Shown here one piece after another: positions 19,302-31,300 of a stretch of 64,000 nucleotides of DNA; positions within the stretch are counted from its first letter, which is position 1, and each line of letters starts with the position of its first letter. The notes under the pieces were generated by a model that was not told where the DNA came from, did no database searches, and saw only the letters and a list, made by a program, of their open reading frames with translations. The position numbers and the translations under genes are program-made. Origin of the DNA: a virus; IMG/VR virus record IMGVR_UViG_3300031951_000022, positions 1 to 64,000 of that record. One strand, written 5' to 3'.

Positions 19302-20297
19302 ATATATGTTATTTTACACCTAATGGATTACTTTCAAGTCTTTTAATTTCATTGATAATTTGCTTGTATTCGCTACCGCTGACCCAATACCGCTTTTCTT
19401 GCTCAATTTTGAGTTCATTATATAGCGACACATTTATAATAACCGACACAAAGAACAATAACAACAAACAAGTTTTAAAGGGGAAGTGTTTAAGTCTATC
19501 TACCATAAAGCCATATCCTTTCTCAAGTGGTTATTGTACGATATCTTTTTCTAGTTCTTCTATTTGCTGTTCATAATCTTGAATTTGTTTAAGAATATAT
19601 TCACAATGCTGACAACAATCAGATAGTAAATATTCTCTTAATTCAGAAACTATGTCTTTAAGTTTTTGTATTTGTTGAAACATTATTTTTATGCCAGAAA
19701 ATCATAGTGTTAGAATCATTGTTCCAAGCACATTCTAAAATATCATTAGCGGCTAATTTTGCCAAGCCGGAATTTTCTATCCAAGTTTCTATATTATCTA
19801 CAATATAGTAGTGAGTTTCTTCGTCTATGATAGGATTATTATCTTCATCATAACCAATACAATATTCATGAACAAGAGATATAGCTTGTTCGTTAGTGAT
19901 AAAACTATCTAGGTTTTCGCCGCAATTAGACGAAATGTTTTTTGCTGCTGATTCTCTAAGAATAGTAGCATATCCATCCAAATCTGTAACAGAGTAGGTG
20001 TCGTTGTTTTTCATGATTAGATATATCTATTAATGGTTATGTTTATAAATTCTGGATTATTAATCTTATCCTCAATTCTTTTGATCGAATGTTCCATATT
20101 TTGCTGTCCCCTTGGTAGCCATCTACTATCGTCATAAAGAGCAGTCATAATTTGAGGTATCCAGTGTTGATAGGCTATATTAAATTCCTCTGGAAAATAT
20201 GTTTTTAACAAAGACTCGATAGCATATAATTCGGATACAATAGTATCTCTATGTTGCAAAAGGTCTTTTAGTCTATTCTTTTGCTCAACAGTCAAGC

Positions 20298-20705
20298 TCA
20301 TACCATGACCTCTTTTTGTTTAAGCTTAATCATTTTGTGTGCTGTTTTCCATACTCCAGTATCTTTGTTCTGCATATCTCCAGCCATCCAAATATGGGCA
20401 AAGCCGGTGTGCTTATCCAAACCCCAAGCCTTTATTCCAAATTCATCTAGAGAATCTACAACAAACCTACCCCTATATCCCATAGGAATAAATTCACCCT
20501 TGTGGACGTAATAGGGGCCGGATGAAACCTTAATGCGATCACCCTTGACCAGATCCCTCCAATTAAAGTCACGAATAATCTTGGTGCTTCGCTTTTCCTT
20601 GCTTTGAGCCTTAAAAGCAAAAGCAGTATTGCATTTAGGACACATATAAGCTCTAGGGCCAGTCAGATGGCCGCAGTTATCGCAAGTTTTCTTTCCCTTG
20701 GGCAT
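20298..20705 (-). CDS. Zn-finger protein
   Basis: GKKTCDNCG...CPKC; own promoter at 20738-20766. Confidence 0.6.
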   Translation of the reverse strand: MPKGKKTCDNCGHLTGPRAYMCPKCNTAFAFKAQSKEKRSTKIIRDFNWRDLVKGDRIKVSSGPYYVHKGEFIPMGYRGRFVVDSLDEFGIKAWGLDKHTGFAHIWMAGDMQNKDTGVWKTAHKMIKLKQKEVMV

Positions 20706-21475
20706 AATGTTATCTCCTGTGAGTGATGTATGTTCTAAGCATACACAGCATATCGGCTTTTGTCAAGTGTTCACTTTCAGAATTTTTTCTTTGTATTCTC
20801 AGGAAGTTGTGGCCCATCAATAATTTCTAAGCTGCCTGGAGAATAGTGACAAAAATAACTAGATTCAATTTTACGCTTAACTAAATTATCTTCATATAAT
20901 TCAACATATACATTGATTCTATATCTGTTTTCCCACAGATTAATAATTTTAGTCATTAAATGATTTTTAGGCTTTTTAACTTGCTTAAACAACAGACTTT
21001 CGATTTCCATATCCATTAAGAATTCTCCTCAAAAATCTTTTCGATGTTAGTTATAAGAACCAGCCTATCTTCTCCACGATTATCGGATACATAATAAGTA
21101 TCGCATGAAAACTCGTCGCCAGTATTAGCATCATGCACTAGCACTGGTCTACTCCAGTCAAAAGTGCCTACTGCATTAATATTGTTCGCTCTTTCATGTA
21201 AAAAATTGTACAGGTTAAGCCAGGTCATATTATTCATTATCTACTTCTCCTATTTGCTCTATTAAGAATACGGATGGTTTCTTTAGCGTTTGATGGAACC
21301 ATTACAAGCTGTGGGGCTGTTTTATGTTCCCACGACATATACCCTATAGCCCTATTCTCAACGCTACATTCTTTACAGATAATCTTACGACTAGTTTCAA
21401 CAAGAAACTCATAACGATCAACACCAACACAATTTTTGCAATAGATACAGTTCATATTTTCCTCCGTTGAGCGGA

Positions 21476-21943
21476 TTATACCATAACCATCGGTATAGTC
21501 AAGCTATCAACTTGAATAAACTTTCCAAAACTGTCACAAAAATTACCACAATCAGTACTATAATAGATTTTATTTAATCCAACAGCATTAAGTAGCTTAC
21601 TACAGTTCTCACAAGGCTTACTTCCTAAAATAAGTCCTTTTCGATTAATGCGAACAACAACCACTGACCAATTAGCATCAATGGTATTATAGCGATCCAA
21701 AAGTTTAGAAATAATATGAGACTCAGCATGATAAAAAGCAAATTCCTTATATTTGGGAAGATTAAACTGCTCTCCTATTCTATAAGCTCCTGTATGGGTT
21801 TTAATAGGATTATTTTGAGCAAAACAAATCATTTTTGTGCCATCAAAAACAGAACAATAATGCCAACAGCGTATTTCCTTACAGGGGCTCCAATTATTAT
21901 ATGCTTTACGAATTGTCTTTTGAATAATTTTCATATAAGCCAC
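21476..21943 (-). CDS. cytidine/deoxycytidylate deaminase-fold protein
   Basis: HAE and SKPCENC Zn-binding motifs. Confidence 0.75.
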   Translation of the reverse strand: MAYMKIIQKTIRKAYNNWSPCKEIRCWHYCSVFDGTKMICFAQNNPIKTHTGAYRIGEQFNLPKYKEFAFYHAESHIISKLLDRYNTIDANWSVVVVRINRKGLILGSKPCENCSKLLNAVGLNKIYYSTDCGNFCDSFGKFIQVDSLTIPMVMV

Positions 21944-22153
21944 TCCACTCGCTAGACCCCTATCCTAGCACACAAACACATATCGTCAAGTGGAACTGCC
22001 AAAATTTAGCTTACTTAGATGCCAGTATATATAAACCTATATTGGCATAGGAATATCCAGTATAGGCTATAAACATACCATAATTACCTTTATACCACTG
22101 CTCTGCTGCAACATACGCATAAATCAATCCGCATACCGCTATTAACCATCCAC

Positions 22154-22609
22154 TCATTTGGTTTGTCCTTTATTAGAGTAAAAACTTAAAATTTCTTCAC
22201 ACAAGGCTATTAGCTCATGGTGTAATAGATTGCCTTTAGCTTGATTAGCATCTTTGCAAGCTATATTACAATTATCCAATGAATTTGGGCCACCTTTATT
22301 TTTAGGAATAATATGATCTAAGTGATAGGATTTGCCATCCATAAGATCTATTTTTCTTCCAGTTAAATAACAGGTTGGGTTTGGTCCGATTTTATCTAGT
22401 AATTCTTGTACCTTAAATGTCATGGGCGGATATTTCCATTCCTTTTTATCTCTATGAAACCTAATAATTTTATTTCTAATTATTTGATTTAAAGTATCTT
22501 CTTTAGATGGTTTGGGGACGTAAATTGGTTTGTTTTTATAATTATCTCTATTACCCCTAAAGTTAGAGATTTTTTTATTTAATGTTTTATGTATTAAGCT
22601 TTCTGACAT
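22154..22609 (-). CDS. HNH endonuclease
   Basis: CYLTG..HLDHIIP..KGG.NSLDNC.IAC..AN.AK. Confidence 0.85.
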   Translation of the reverse strand: MSESLIHKTLNKKISNFRGNRDNYKNKPIYVPKPSKEDTLNQIIRNKIIRFHRDKKEWKYPPMTFKVQELLDKIGPNPTCYLTGRKIDLMDGKSYHLDHIIPKNKGGPNSLDNCNIACKDANQAKGNLLHHELIALCEEILSFYSNKGQTK

Positions 22610-23505
22610 AGTATAGACTCAAACCTCTCTATTGCTAAATCTTTTGCTTTTAGTTCCATATCAACATCAAATTCCAAACCATAAGTCTCAAACTTATTAT
22701 AGGCAAAATCATTATGAGCCCTAGGATTATTTCCCGGTCTACTTTCGCTATAATGAAATAGTGGCTTTGTTTGCCATGTATCATAACACATACTAATAGC
22801 TTCACACTCAGTTAGATTATTTGAATGACATTTATGATGCAGGTAATCGAAGCATATTGGGATTCGTGTGGTTGGGTGGAAAATTTCTACTAATTCTTTT
22901 ACGCTCCAACAATTAAGCTTATCGTCATTTTCTATCGAAATGCGGGCTTGGCAGTTTTCATCAAGTCTTTTAAAGTTTTGGTAAAATCTGTTTGCTATTT
23001 CTTCTCTAGAGCCATTGTTATTATGAACATGAAAATTAAGAGGAGAATTTGTATTTGCGGGCAAACCTATTCTATCAAAAAAACTACTGTAAAAATTTAG
23101 TTCTGTGATTGTTTTTTCAACAACCCTATCAGATAGACTAGCTAAACTGTTAAACTCTGACGGATGGGCTGAGACACGAACACCAGTAGTTTTAATTGTT
23201 TGTTCAATATTATCAAATTCGTCTTGAATAAGATCGTGATTTGGCAAATCTTCCAGACTTACATTTGCTTCGTCATAAGTTATAAGAGGAAAAATATCAC
23301 TACTAACACGATAGGTATAATTATGTTCGCCGCAAAACTCAATAGTTCTGCGGGTTGTTTCTAAATTATTAAAAATTCTATCTCCAAGAATAGTAAGAGC
23401 TTCTTCTCTTGGTAAAGAATTAAATCTCTTGAAAGTCATAGTCTGATGACCAATGCCTTGCTCTTTAAGTTTAAGAGATATGCAACACAAACCTAGTCTA
23501 TTCAT
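22594..23505 (-). CDS. uvsE: UV-damage endonuclease (UvsE/UVDE)
   Basis: RLGLCC, YRVSSDIFP, SAHP, IENDDK, FDYLHH, FHYSES, AH.D, ELKAKD. Confidence 0.9.
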   Translation of the reverse strand: MNRLGLCCISLKLKEQGIGHQTMTFKRFNSLPREEALTILGDRIFNNLETTRRTIEFCGEHNYTYRVSSDIFPLITYDEANVSLEDLPNHDLIQDEFDNIEQTIKTTGVRVSAHPSEFNSLASLSDRVVEKTITELNFYSSFFDRIGLPANTNSPLNFHVHNNNGSREEIANRFYQNFKRLDENCQARISIENDDKLNCWSVKELVEIFHPTTRIPICFDYLHHKCHSNNLTECEAISMCYDTWQTKPLFHYSESRPGNNPRAHNDFAYNKFETYGLEFDVDMELKAKDLAIERFESILCQKA

Positions 23506-23735
23506 AAAGCCTCCGATGCTAGTATACTGTATTGTCGGAGTTTGTCAACTAGCTACTTGAGAAATTTCTTCAACGCTGTAGATTTTTACTACTTCGTAAG
23601 CAGATTCTAATCTATTCCGAAAAAGAATTTTAGCCTCATATTCAGATAGAGCTTGAACAATCTCATTCATAAAAAGTGTCTGTTTTGATGTGTCCAACTT
23701 AAAATAAATTAATGCTGTAACATTAAATTTTTTCA

Positions 23736-24389
23736 TTATATGATCCATTCATTATTATATCCACCAAGAGCTTCGCTGATAGTGGGAAACTGCTCACAGA
23801 AAATCTTTTTACATTCTTTGGCAATGTCTATGTGTTCTTTTTGAGTTCCACTTTTTTCCCTTAAAGCAATATAAGTCATCCATGAGCGGGCATTTCCTGT
23901 CATATAAAGTCTTGTCGGAGTAGCCAAAGGTAAAACAAATCTAGCACATTCTTTAGCAATACCATCAGCGATCATATCATCGTAAATAGCTTTAGCTTTT
24001 GCAAAATGCTCGCGGATCTTAACATTCCACTTAACTCTAATTTCGTTTGAAATATCGTCAATACTGTTTTGTCTGTTTTTAGTATCTTGTCTGCGGATAT
24101 CAAATAGAGGTATTTCCTCTCCTAAAAGGGTTGTATCGGCATATCTTTGACTAAATTCCTGAAATTGGAAGCTTCTATGTCTAAGAATTTGTGCAGCCAA
24201 TCCTCTGGTTGTGTTTATTTCTAGAGTTAAAAATCCGTGTTCAAATATTGATACGTGTTTATGTTTAATACAATATTTTAATAAATTAGCTATATTATCA
24301 TTGTCTTGTCCTTTTGGATTCGACACTCTCGCACAATAAGCCATTAGTTTTTCTGCGTCTGGAGTAACGCTAATAAGTTTAACTGACAT
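23736..24389 (-). CDS. thyX: FAD-dependent thymidylate synthase
   Basis: H.SIFEH, QILRHRSFQFQEFSQRY, KECARFVLP. Confidence 0.95.
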   Translation of the reverse strand: MSVKLISVTPDAEKLMAYCARVSNPKGQDNDNIANLLKYCIKHKHVSIFEHGFLTLEINTTRGLAAQILRHRSFQFQEFSQRYADTTLLGEEIPLFDIRRQDTKNRQNSIDDISNEIRVKWNVKIREHFAKAKAIYDDMIADGIAKECARFVLPLATPTRLYMTGNARSWMTYIALREKSGTQKEHIDIAKECKKIFCEQFPTISEALGGYNNEWII

Positions 24390-25082
24390 AATTATTCCTT
24401 AGATTTAAGATATTCGTTTTGGTGGTCTACCCACTTATCATTTGTATGATGGTTATATATTGCTTTAGCAAGTTTACTAACGCTAGGTACAGAGCCACAA
24501 CTACTAGGGTCATCATTATCCAGTTTTGACCAATAATATTGACCATCGTTTTTATCTTTGATAGTTTCATAACCAAGGCTTTTAGCCCATGAGCGTATGT
24601 CTGTCCACAACATAAATCAGTCCTCAACAACTAAAGTTATCAGATTTTTCTGGTTTGTCAACATATTTTCTTTGCTTGCTATCGTATTCTTCTAGTGGCC
24701 TATCATATCTTTTCCACGCTTCCTTATGTTTGAGACCAATAATCTCCACTCTCTGTTGATTTATCATTTCTTTTTGATAGTTAATTAGCTCATACAACTC
24801 CATAATATAGTCATAGATTTGTTCATGCTTATAGGCTTCTAATATAAGTTGCACCTTTTTTGGGTGCATAGGACCATATTTAAATTCTGTAGGTTTACTC
24901 ATTTTTGTAAATATTCCTGAGCCGAATGACGCCGTTTATTAAGCCAACCCGCCACAAAACCATCTATATAAATCTTTTTCATTATTGGTATATACTCTGA
25001 ATTTTCCAAGATATATTTATAATTAGCTTTTGTCCATTGATTAAAGTTATTTTCTTCATCACTCAGATTATCATCCCATACA

Positions 25083-25700
25083 TTATTTGTGTCGTTCATA
25101 AAGATTATTAAACTCTTTTATAACTGTTGAGGGAGTGTTGTTAATGATAAATTCATCTTCATTATCTGTAATATATGCTTGTAGTTCATCGTTTAATACG
25201 TCAGAGCTATATCCTTTCTCAAAAATATACTTCTTTGTTTTTTCTAGCTGTTTACTAAACTTGCGACATAGCTTATTTACTTCTGAGTTATACTTGGAGC
25301 TGTATAGATAAAGAGCATGGGCTAATTCATGTCTCAAAACAGCTTTATCTTGGGCTCCTATAATATAGAAATCATCATGTCTATATTTAAAAAACTCTAA
25401 TAGTTCTTGTTCTTGTGTTGTTAAAGGGTCAAAAAATCCCCTCTTAAAAGGTATTAATACTTTGCTGGGAAAATTAAATCCAGTCCAGTCATGGTGATAA
25501 GTATCTCCACCATACTTTATGGAATACCAAGCACGAACTTGTCCAACAGTAAATATCTTGTCTTTAAAATCTGGATTAGGACTTTCATAAAATTCTTGAA
25601 AGCGTAAAAAAGCCGACCCTAGTTCAGCTTGAGAATCAGCACTGATCCAAACGCTATTATAGGGTTGTTGTTTTATTTTCAGCATAATCTCTGTACGCAT
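25083..25700 (-). CDS. conserved phage protein with HExxH motif
   Basis: FLRFQEFYESP, RHELAHALY, DELQAY. Confidence 0.55.
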   Translation of the reverse strand: MRTEIMLKIKQQPYNSVWISADSQAELGSAFLRFQEFYESPNPDFKDKIFTVGQVRAWYSIKYGGDTYHHDWTGFNFPSKVLIPFKRGFFDPLTTQEQELLEFFKYRHDDFYIIGAQDKAVLRHELAHALYLYSSKYNSEVNKLCRKFSKQLEKTKKYIFEKGYSSDVLNDELQAYITDNEDEFIINNTPSTVIKEFNNLYERHK

Positions 25701-26707
25701 CTAGTTTAAAACACTGACTCATAGTATCTATTAGTGTTTGAGTGTGAATATTTAAAAGAACTCTAATACCTTCTAAAGCATTAGATGTCTCGTCTGGATC
25801 TAAATCATATTCTAAAACTCCCTTACTAATACTACCAATCTGATCTGCAAAATTATATAACTGAGAAATTTCTTCTTCCAAATTAAATCGGTCTTTCATT
25901 TTATAAACTCCTACTCAATATTATATTGTTCTGGAAATAAATCTAAGTATAGATCGCCAAACAGAACCAACTCGCCGTCTGCATATTGTACTCCATAGAT
26001 CGGCAGTTGGCAAGACTCTTCTGAACTATTTTTAGTTTGTTCTTCACTATTCATATGCCACTTCCCATAACACATCATTAAAATCTTTCAAAGGATACTC
26101 CGACTGTATCATTGGATAATATCCCCATAAATATATCACGTTTCCTCTTGTCCAACCAAGTTCATCTGGTATGCAAAACCATACTGGAGTATTTGGTTCT
26201 AAAGTATAATGCTGACCAATAGGTACTAGTAATAAAATCAATAAATAAATATATTTCATTCCATACCTCCCATTAGCCACTTTTTAACATCCATAGGATG
26301 AGTACTACTAAATCTTTTAGAGGTACTAATATAACCAGCGGCAAGATCTAAAATAACATTCTGTTTTTGAATAACTCGTTCTAGATCCATATTTCTAGAC
26401 TTAAGATTATAATTATCTTGTCTACAGCTTTGAATTTCTTTATTTGCTTGAGCCATAGTATCTACTAGTCTATCAATTTCTTGATTTTTTTCTTGTTCTA
26501 GTTTTTCTAGTTTTTCTTCTAATTCTTTATAACTTTTACCCGGAGCATAAACCGTATGAGTAAATTTTTGTAACTCATCTTGATAAAGTCTAAGTTCTGT
26601 AATAATCTGTCTTAGTTCTTTATTTTTTTGAATTAATTCATCACGACTTAAATTATCATAATGAGTGCCTTTTGCAACGTCTGAATAATTATTCATTTAT
26701 TATCTCC

Positions 26708-27284
26708 TTAATTTTCTTGATTAAATAGTTTTTGTAGTTCTTTGAAACTCCAAGGCTGACCGAATGGTTTATTATAGTTAATCGTATTATCAACACCAAC
26801 GTCCAGAGTTAATCTGTTTGATATTCTATCTTCATGATCTAATTTAGAGTGAACATGACCATAACAATGAAAACTGCCTTTATGACTAGAAGGCCAACTT
26901 CTGTGAGGATAATGAGATAAAAATATTTTTTGGTTACAATGTATTATTTCTTTAACATCTTGTACTGAACTAAATCCATTCATGTCAACAGTATTATCAT
27001 CTAGATAAAAATCTTTTCTGCGGTCATGATTCCCCCATATTAAATGAACATCGCGGCAATTTATGCGAAGTCTATAGTCTAGTGGTTTTTTACCTTTAAA
27101 ACAAAAATCACCAAGTATGTATAGAGTATCATCATATCCAACAACTTCATTTATATTATCAAGAATAGTCTTGTTCATATGATGAACATCTTCAAATGGG
27201 CGATTACAGTATTTGATTATATTATTGTGACCTTGATTAGCCCGAAGGCTAACCAAAGTGAGTATCAGATATAAAATATATCAT
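26708..27284 (-). CDS. calcineurin-like metallophosphoesterase split by a 22-nt non-coding gap (27251-27230)
   Basis: [11 protein letters not shown] (27284-27252) joined to [12 protein letters not shown] (from 27229) restores DxHxGH; downstream LGD, GNHD, SHYP and GHVH motifs are intact; predicted 184 aa. Confidence 0.85.
27230..27256 (-). other. putative programmed translational bypass element (T4 gene 60-like)
   Basis: Take-off GGT, stop TAG, 10-bp stem with C(UUCG)G loop, matched landing GGT. Confidence 0.7.
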
Positions 27285-27288
27285 AATA

Positions 27289-28143
27289 TCACTTATTGTT
27301 TTTCCTTTCATATCTTTGTCCAGCTTTATATGCTAAAATGAGCGTTCTGCAAAGTTCTTGTTCCGACCAGTTTCCTGCGTAAGATTCAATCTTATCAAAT
27401 AACTCGTCTATTGTCAAGTGGTCAGCATCAATATATCTTCCATTTTTCTTTTTAATGTTATCTTTTGCTGTCAAGATTTGACAATTTGCCGGATGCCTTA
27501 AGACTTGTGGAAATACACCCAGACTAAATCCTGTTCTTCTAGACAACATATGATCTCTAACAACACCACTTGTATTATTTTTGTTATGAAAAACTCCATA
27601 CTTTTTAAGTAATCTTAATTGTTTTTTGCAATCTATAAGATCAAACATTTTCTCAATCCAATCTGCTTCTTGATAGTATATTTCAAAATCGCTTTTTTCG
27701 GATATGGGAATCCAATAGCCGTTATTTTCCATAGTTTGTCTATATTTTTGTAAATACTCTGGATTTTCCCATTTTTGTTTAGATTTAATACCAATAAGAT
27801 CTTTTGATTTTTTTGTATGAGGTCTAGAATAAGACTGTTTATCTCTATGCTTATGCATAGCTTCTATTCTTTCTTGATTAAATTTTTTACCTCTATTTGC
27901 TGTGCCATATTTATACCTAAGTTCATCAGTAACTTTTGATCTTATTAATTGTGATTGTTTCTTTTTTTGTTGTTCAGACCACCGTTTATTGAAATTAGGA
28001 TTGTTTTTTCCTTTCATTGAGGATTGCATATTTATTGCATAACATTCTTTACTACAATACACAGACTTTGCTTTCGCTTGTGAAGCATATCTATTGAATG
28101 TTTTATTACATACTGGACATTTTAATCTTAATAATTTAGACAT
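27289..28143 (-). mobile_element. free-standing homing endonuclease gene (Zn-finger, NUMOD-like repeats, C-terminal HNH-like)
   Basis: CPVC..YCSKEC, KGKNNPNF, RDHMLSR...HPANCQIL..DNIKK; flanked by two copies of the phosphoesterase 5' end. Confidence 0.7.
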
Positions 28144-28183
28144 ATTATAATCTCCTTAAAAATATAATACACCAAAGTCTGAT

Positions 28184-28222
28184 TTAATGTCCAAAATGCG
28201 TATCAGATATAAAATATATCAT
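28184..28222 (-). pseudogene. orphan 5' end of the phosphoesterase ([12 protein letters not shown])
   Basis: ATG ATA TAT TTT ATA TCT GAT ACG CAT TTT GGA CAT TAA; first 23 nt identical to 27284-27262. Confidence 0.85.
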
Positions 28223-28384
28223 GAAAAATACAAACCGTCTATCTTCTTGATAATGTTAATATAAACTTCTGGTTGCTGATGAATCTCAGTTCCTTCTGGC
28301 CCGTTATTTATTTTCTTAAGTTTATCTTCTACTAGTTCTCTTAAAATATCTAAATCTTGATTGGTTAGTTTCATATTTATCTCT

Positions 28385-31300
28385 TTACTGTAAGAATTTT
28401 TCTTTCATCAATCTATTTATTTGTAAAATATTTAATCCAACAACTTGTCCTGAATCGGTTCCAATATACAAATCTAAAACCCCATTAATATTTTTTACAT
28501 TAAAACTTTCATTTTGAAAAATTACTTCTATAGCATCCATATCTTCGCTATAAGAAGTTGCCGGAGTAAACTGACAAGGATTGTATTTTTTAAAATATTC
28601 ATCAACAGTCATGGTATTATAAACGCCACATTTTTCCAATTCTTTCCTAAAAGATTCATGTGCGTCTAAAACCCTATTAATATCAACGGCGTTTTGATGT
28701 CCTTTTAAGGGGTTATTATATTTGCCCCAACCACACCTATCATATAACTCTTGCATCTTAATATCAAGATCATCACTAAGTTCTTGATAAGTTTTGGGAG
28801 GAAACATCCAATCGAATAAACTAGTAAAACCTTTTAGGAGACTCATAATTGTTCCTTTTCTGGTCTTAATACTTTTAGTTCTATTGCTGATGTTAATAAC
28901 AAATGCTGATTATTAATATTACAGCTCTTTTTCCAATCTATAATCTTTTGTTCAACTCTGTGATAAGTTTCAGCACTTAATTTATCTACAGTAGAGAATA
29001 CTAGCACATCATCTGGTTTTAAACTCATTACTGATATTTGTGGTAGATCGTTCATTTTGATAGTATCCATAGCGTTGTGATAAATAAAGTTGCTTGAACT
29101 ATTGGAAAAACAGCAACATAAAGAGACCAACGATTAAGAGCCAAAGGAATAGCTGAACAGATAAAACAAACAATGGGAAAAGTTAATATAATCCACATCA
29201 TTATATGAGCTAACATACTATCTTGTGCTTGAGGACTATCCATGCTCATTAGTCCCGCCATTAAACAAGGTAAAAAACCAACGACCCCAAATACCAAGTT
29301 AAAAAAAGACAATACTTTTATTAGTAAAATCATTTTCTAACTCCTGCTCCACCAGTAACTAATCCAGTAAGCCACAAGGTTGCTAAATATGTCCATATAT
29401 TCATGGGAATATTAGTATGAAACAAAGTGTTAACTGCCCATATGGTTATAAATGGACAAACTATAACAAGTATAACTATAAAAATTAAGAACCAAATAAA
29501 CATATCAGTTTTCATTATTTTTCTTTCTAATTTGATATAAGTTGATACCCTTTTTGATATTTTTAATAACAGCACAGATCTTTTTTATAATATCCGTACC
29601 TGATATAGTTTTACCATCAATTATAGTATACGAATCACCAACATAAATGGCTAACTGCTCAGACGCTTTAATCATATCATCTGTGATCTGGTTGTCAAGA
29701 TATTCTAGATCGTGGCTTAGTCCTTTAATTGTCCAGCCTTTGAGTTTAAGTTCATTTCTGAGTTCTATATTTTCTTGTCTAGTTTGAGAAGTAGGTTCAA
29801 CCCAAGGAAAATCTCTGACAATCCTTTTATAGAATTCTAGATTCTTGCGGTGTCTTTTATTGCTAGTTTGAAGTTTCTTAATCTTCTTTTCTAATCTCTG
29901 AATTTTAATTTGTTCTGGCGATAGTGTTGAATAATTTTTAGCATCTGTTTTGTCAGGAAAAACTGGCCATTCTAATGCTAGTTCTTTTAAAAGATCATGA
30001 GGTTTTTTGTGAAGTATATCAAAATAAAAGGTGTCTTGGTATGAACCAGTAATTTGATGATATTTTTGCGGCCAGACTTTAGACAATTCATCCAATATAA
30101 TTTGGCCGTACCTTAATCGTTCAGATTTAGGCTTGTCACCTTGATTCGCATAAATATTCTCAATATTTTCAAGAAATTTTTTATATGTCATTTGAATCAC
30201 TATTAAAAAATGTTTCGTTACCTAAAAAACCCAAAATAAATCCCATAGAAAGCATTGCTGCAAATGGATCATTCCAATATAAACAAGAACATATAAAAAT
30301 AGCAGCAGCACTATATGCTATAATAAGTTTTTGAATTTGTGATTTAGTCATTATTATAACATCCATTCTCTTAGGTCAATTATATTAAACCAATCATATG
30401 TTTTATCAGTATTGATGTGCAAATATTGTATTTCTGGTTCTTTTTTGTATTGAATCCCATTTAGATCAAAAGTTCCGCGTTCTTTAGTTATAACTGTGAA
30501 AGAATTTATCGCTTCCTCTCTTGAGGAAAAGGTTCCTATCCAATCCTTATCGCCAGACTGAGGATAATAATCATTACCCATAGTTAATAGATAAAATTTC
30601 ATCTTCCCAAAATCCTTTCCTCTAAGAACATAAAATATCCATTATAAAATACTCTGCACATTATATCCAATATTTCTTCATCGTTTTGTGAGTTCTTGAT
30701 ACTGTATAGTAGATATTCTCTTTTGTTAGAAAATTTCGGACTACTCCAATCTATTTCGTCTAAAAAAGTTTCAAATTTTTCTCTAATACTCTTACTCATA
30801 TCAATATATAGATTCGATAGGAAAAGGTTTGTTATGTGTTTCTGGTTGTTGAACTTCTTTAAGAAATTGTTCTCCAGAAATTTTTCTTGTTATTGCTGTA
30901 AAGTTTCCATTAAATGTATAAGAGTTTCCATGATAGTCCATAAAAGTATTCTTGGTTAATTCATAAAGATTTCTGTATGTTTTCCCACTACTATCAGTAA
31001 CATCAACAACAGTATATATTTTTTGAGGATTTATTACTCTGCATGATTTAATTCCTGACCCAATAGTAATTATCAGAAATAAAATGGACAATCCAACAAC
31101 TGTTCCATGAATGAATGTAAAAAGATAGTGGTTAAATTTTCCCATTATTTTCCTATCTTAACTATTTCAAAACCCCAACCAAAAATTCTAAAATTAAAAC
31201 CTTTTCCCCAATCGTATGTATAATAATACATTTCGGTAGTTAAATTTAAAGATATACCATATTCATAAAGATCATCGCTGGGTTCCCAGTTAGTGTCAAT

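Noticed and set aside
26708-27256. Track ORF starting MVSLRANQG at a TTG
   Set aside because: The start lies inside the hairpin and omits the essential DxH motif; the true start is ATG 27284.
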